This document shows, one piece after another, positions 61,222-64,000 of a DNA stretch of 64,000 nucleotides; the first letter of the stretch is position 1, and each line of letters opens with the position of its first letter. This DNA comes from Mustelus asterias. Lineage: Eukaryota. Made by a program: the position numbers and the translations under genes. The stretch is taken from assembly GCF_964213995.1 (NCBI RefSeq), contig NC_135804.1:59024001-59088000 (forward strand). The letters are read 5' to 3'. Under the pieces are notes generated by a model that ran no database searches, was not told the DNA's origin, and was given only the letters and a program-made list of their open reading frames with translations.

Positions 61222-64000
61222 GCCATCTGGTGATGCATCACAGGTCAGCTGCAGAGGTAACTTGGGGTTAAAATGGATGAGGATTCTGGACTCCTTCAAT
61301 GGCTTCTTTGCTGCTTGGTAAGTCTTCTTATACTCTGGTGCTCACTGCCATGCCTGTACCTTCATCAACAACCTGTCGCAGGTCAGGCACAAATTTGCCA
61401 TAATAGTTTGAGCCCCAGGAAAGACCTTAGTTGGTACAAACTTTCTGGCCTGGGTGCCTTCAGTATGGCTCCTAGCTTCTTTGGTACTTTATGCAACCCT
61501 TCACCGTCGATAATATGACCTAAGTACTCAACAGAGTCCTTGAAATTCTCGCACTTCTCTTTCCTAATCTGCAGCCCATGCTCCTGGAATCTCTTCAATA
61601 TCTCTTCTAAGTTTCAGAAATGTTCCTCCTCTGTGGAACCCATCACCATTATGTCATCCAATTAACATTGGACCCCTGGGGGACCACTCAAAATCTGATC
61701 CATTGCTCTTTGAAAAACAGCTGGGGACATCGTAACCTCAAAAAAGGCAGGCATTTATAATGGAATAACTCTTTTTGGGTGACAATACTTAATGGTGGCT
61801 GTGAGTCTTCAGCCACCCCAACCAACTGTTCTGTATATGTCCTCGAAATGATGTTCACTGGCTTCAGGGGGAGATGATTCAACATTGATCCCATAGTCAA
61901 AATATCAGGCAATGACACTGCTGCCCCCGTGTCCATCTCTACCTTCAGTTGCTTCCCTTCAAGTTTGGACATTGCCCAGAATCTATCTGCCTCACCTCTC
62001 ACTGAGAGAATATTTAATTCCAACTACATCTTCTTAGTCTGCTTTATTTTATCCACAGACCCCATGGACTCCTTGTCCTCATCTACATTGGTCACTTGCC
62101 ACTTCCACCTGAGTTTGAACACTGACCACTTTAGCTTCACACTCTCCTAAAACATTGGTGCTCTGCAGTTTTGGGCAATGTGGTCTGCCTTCTGACAGTT
62201 CCAGCACTGAGCTCCCTTTGCCCAACAACTGGGCTCCGTGTGATTACCTCAGCCACAATGGAGGCATCCCTTGACCCGTGACCGACTCTTTGGTGTCTCT
62301 GCCACCTTGTGCACCCTCACAATAGTGTCCATGTGTGCTGCCCCCCTGTCAGCCCGCTCTGTGGAGACCGTGATCTCAAATGCCTTCTTACTCCAGCTGT
62401 GGTTCTACCAATAGTCTCGTCTAAATTATTTCCTGCTGGAGGCCACACACGGGCCGGTCCCATAGTGCATCCTGCAAGAAAACCTGAAGTCACAATGCTC
62501 CACGAGGCTTTTGAGGGAAGCCATGAATTTGGTAATGGTCTCGTCCTCCATCTGATCTCACTTGTAAAACTGGAAACACTCCGCAATCAGCAAAGTGCCC
62601 CTCAAATACCTTACACAACTCTTGACATTGCTTTTCCATCGGTTTCTCAGGACTCTGAAAAGTTTGCATCCCATTGTGCTCAAAAAGACTGGCACAATGA
62701 GGTCATCCACCACCCTATTTGTGGTGACGAAAATACTGAACTGTTCAGTGTAGGCCATTCACGATTCAATTTCTTCATCGAACGCCCCTATTGTACCAAA
62801 TTTTACCGCCATTTCTCTTTGCCAGCGGCAGGGGTTTTCCCATCCATGAACTGTGTTTTCCACGCTAATTCCTGCACTCATTTCTCCTGAGTGCTTGGTA
62901 TTGCAATCACCTGACGGTCGAGTCTTCTTCCAATCGCACACAATCTGATGCCAGTGGCTGTTGTGGAGACTGACTTGTACTGTTCACTGCATTGGGTCTG
63001 TCCAACTCACAGTTTCTCACAATGTCCTCCCAACCCTGTGGTCCTACCCCGTCCTCGGATGGTTTCCATTAATTTTTACTGTGCACTGTGGATCTCCAGA
63101 TGGTCTGTGATGAAGTTCCCATCCTTCACCTTATGAGGAGTGGAACACTCCAACCTTTGTCACCAGTGTTGAATTCCCTAGCACCGAGGGGTCCCCGCAA
63201 GAACTACTCCACAGCCAGTTGTCAAGGAACACAGATTTTTGTTGCCTTCTACTCGCTCCATTCTCCAAACGACAACATCCTTCTCAGGGCACTTCCCTGG
63301 CCAGCCCACCCCACACCCCAGGACCCTTGACCCATTCCCTTAAAGGGACTACTTCAACATACAGAACAGTGTCACATCCAAGTCCAAGGCCGTTGAGGTC
63401 AGTTATAACACCTACTCTGCTCCATGTAAGTTATCTCTAAGCATTGAAATTGGGACCTTTCTATTCCATATGATTCAGTTTTGATGGAGAGATAGCAACT
63501 GAACAATGGGAAAGTGAATTAATGAAATCTGAACTGCTCTCAGTACCAATGATCATGAAGCTGTTGGAATGTTGTCAATACCAAACAATCATTATCTATT
63601 CTGGCCTATATATGACTCCCATTCCACAAGATTATAGTTGACTTTTAGTTGCACTCTAAGCAAGCTACCCAGTTGTAAGAAACTGTTGCAAGAAATTCCA
63701 GTTGTCCAAAAACACACACCATCACATTCTCAGGGGAAATAACTGTGTAGTACATGCTGGTCTTACTAGGAAAGATCCCTCCCAAGAGTCAATTATTAAA
63801 AAAAACTGCACAGCAGTTCCCTCTCAAGTGGTTTTAGGATAAAGCATAATTTTCAATTAGAGGTAACCAAGATAAACTTTCACTCTAATCACCGTTCCAG
63901 TGATAAAAGAGTTAATTGTCAGAATATTACTGTTAAGAAACTGTAATCCACCAAAACGCAGCTGCAGTTTCAACTTCAATATATGTGGTTTGTACTACGC

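Larger units (their letters stand above)
58333..63368 (-). mobile_element. Ty3/Gypsy LTR retrotransposon, full-length but decayed
   Basis: 5' LTR at 63167-63368 (TGTT...AACA) with PBS TGGTGACAAAGG just inside. Gag with two CCHC knuckles (~62160-62270), protease MDTGAAVS, RT C*LDD, RNase H CDASPDGIG..ISH..ERPLAFASR, then integrase WVHIDF..HSKWPEV. PPT AGAGGGGAGGAG at 58822-58833. 3' LTR at 58333-58821. 5-bp TSD GTATC/GTGTC. Confidence 0.9.

Overview
Eukaryotic, repeat-rich genomic DNA. The tRNA-headed SINEs and CR1-type LINEs resemble the HE1/HER1 families of cartilaginous fish, so this is probably a shark. Two spliced host genes lie on the + strand. (1) The last six coding exons of OGFOD1 (695-19787). 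(2) A complete five-exon, ~318-aa type I membrane IgSF gene (27050-45059) with leader, germline-joined VJ-type V domain, C1 domain, uncharged TM with a Cys cluster, and a Tyr-free basic tail ending KKHHK. It has a CpG-rich 5' region carrying kB and CRE sites. The rest is mostly mobile DNA: an ERV-like solo LTR, a decayed full-length Gypsy element, a Harbinger transposon and Harbinger-type MITEs, CR1, RTE, Rex/Babar and other LINE fragments, and nine SINEs. The most unusual non-coding features are a TSD-flanked 304-bp retroposon with two U2 snRNA-derived segments (46213-46516) and several short fold-back insertions carrying decayed hammerhead-ribozyme cores (Penelope-type). All calls were made by eye without database searches. 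Repeat boundaries without a TSD are approximate.
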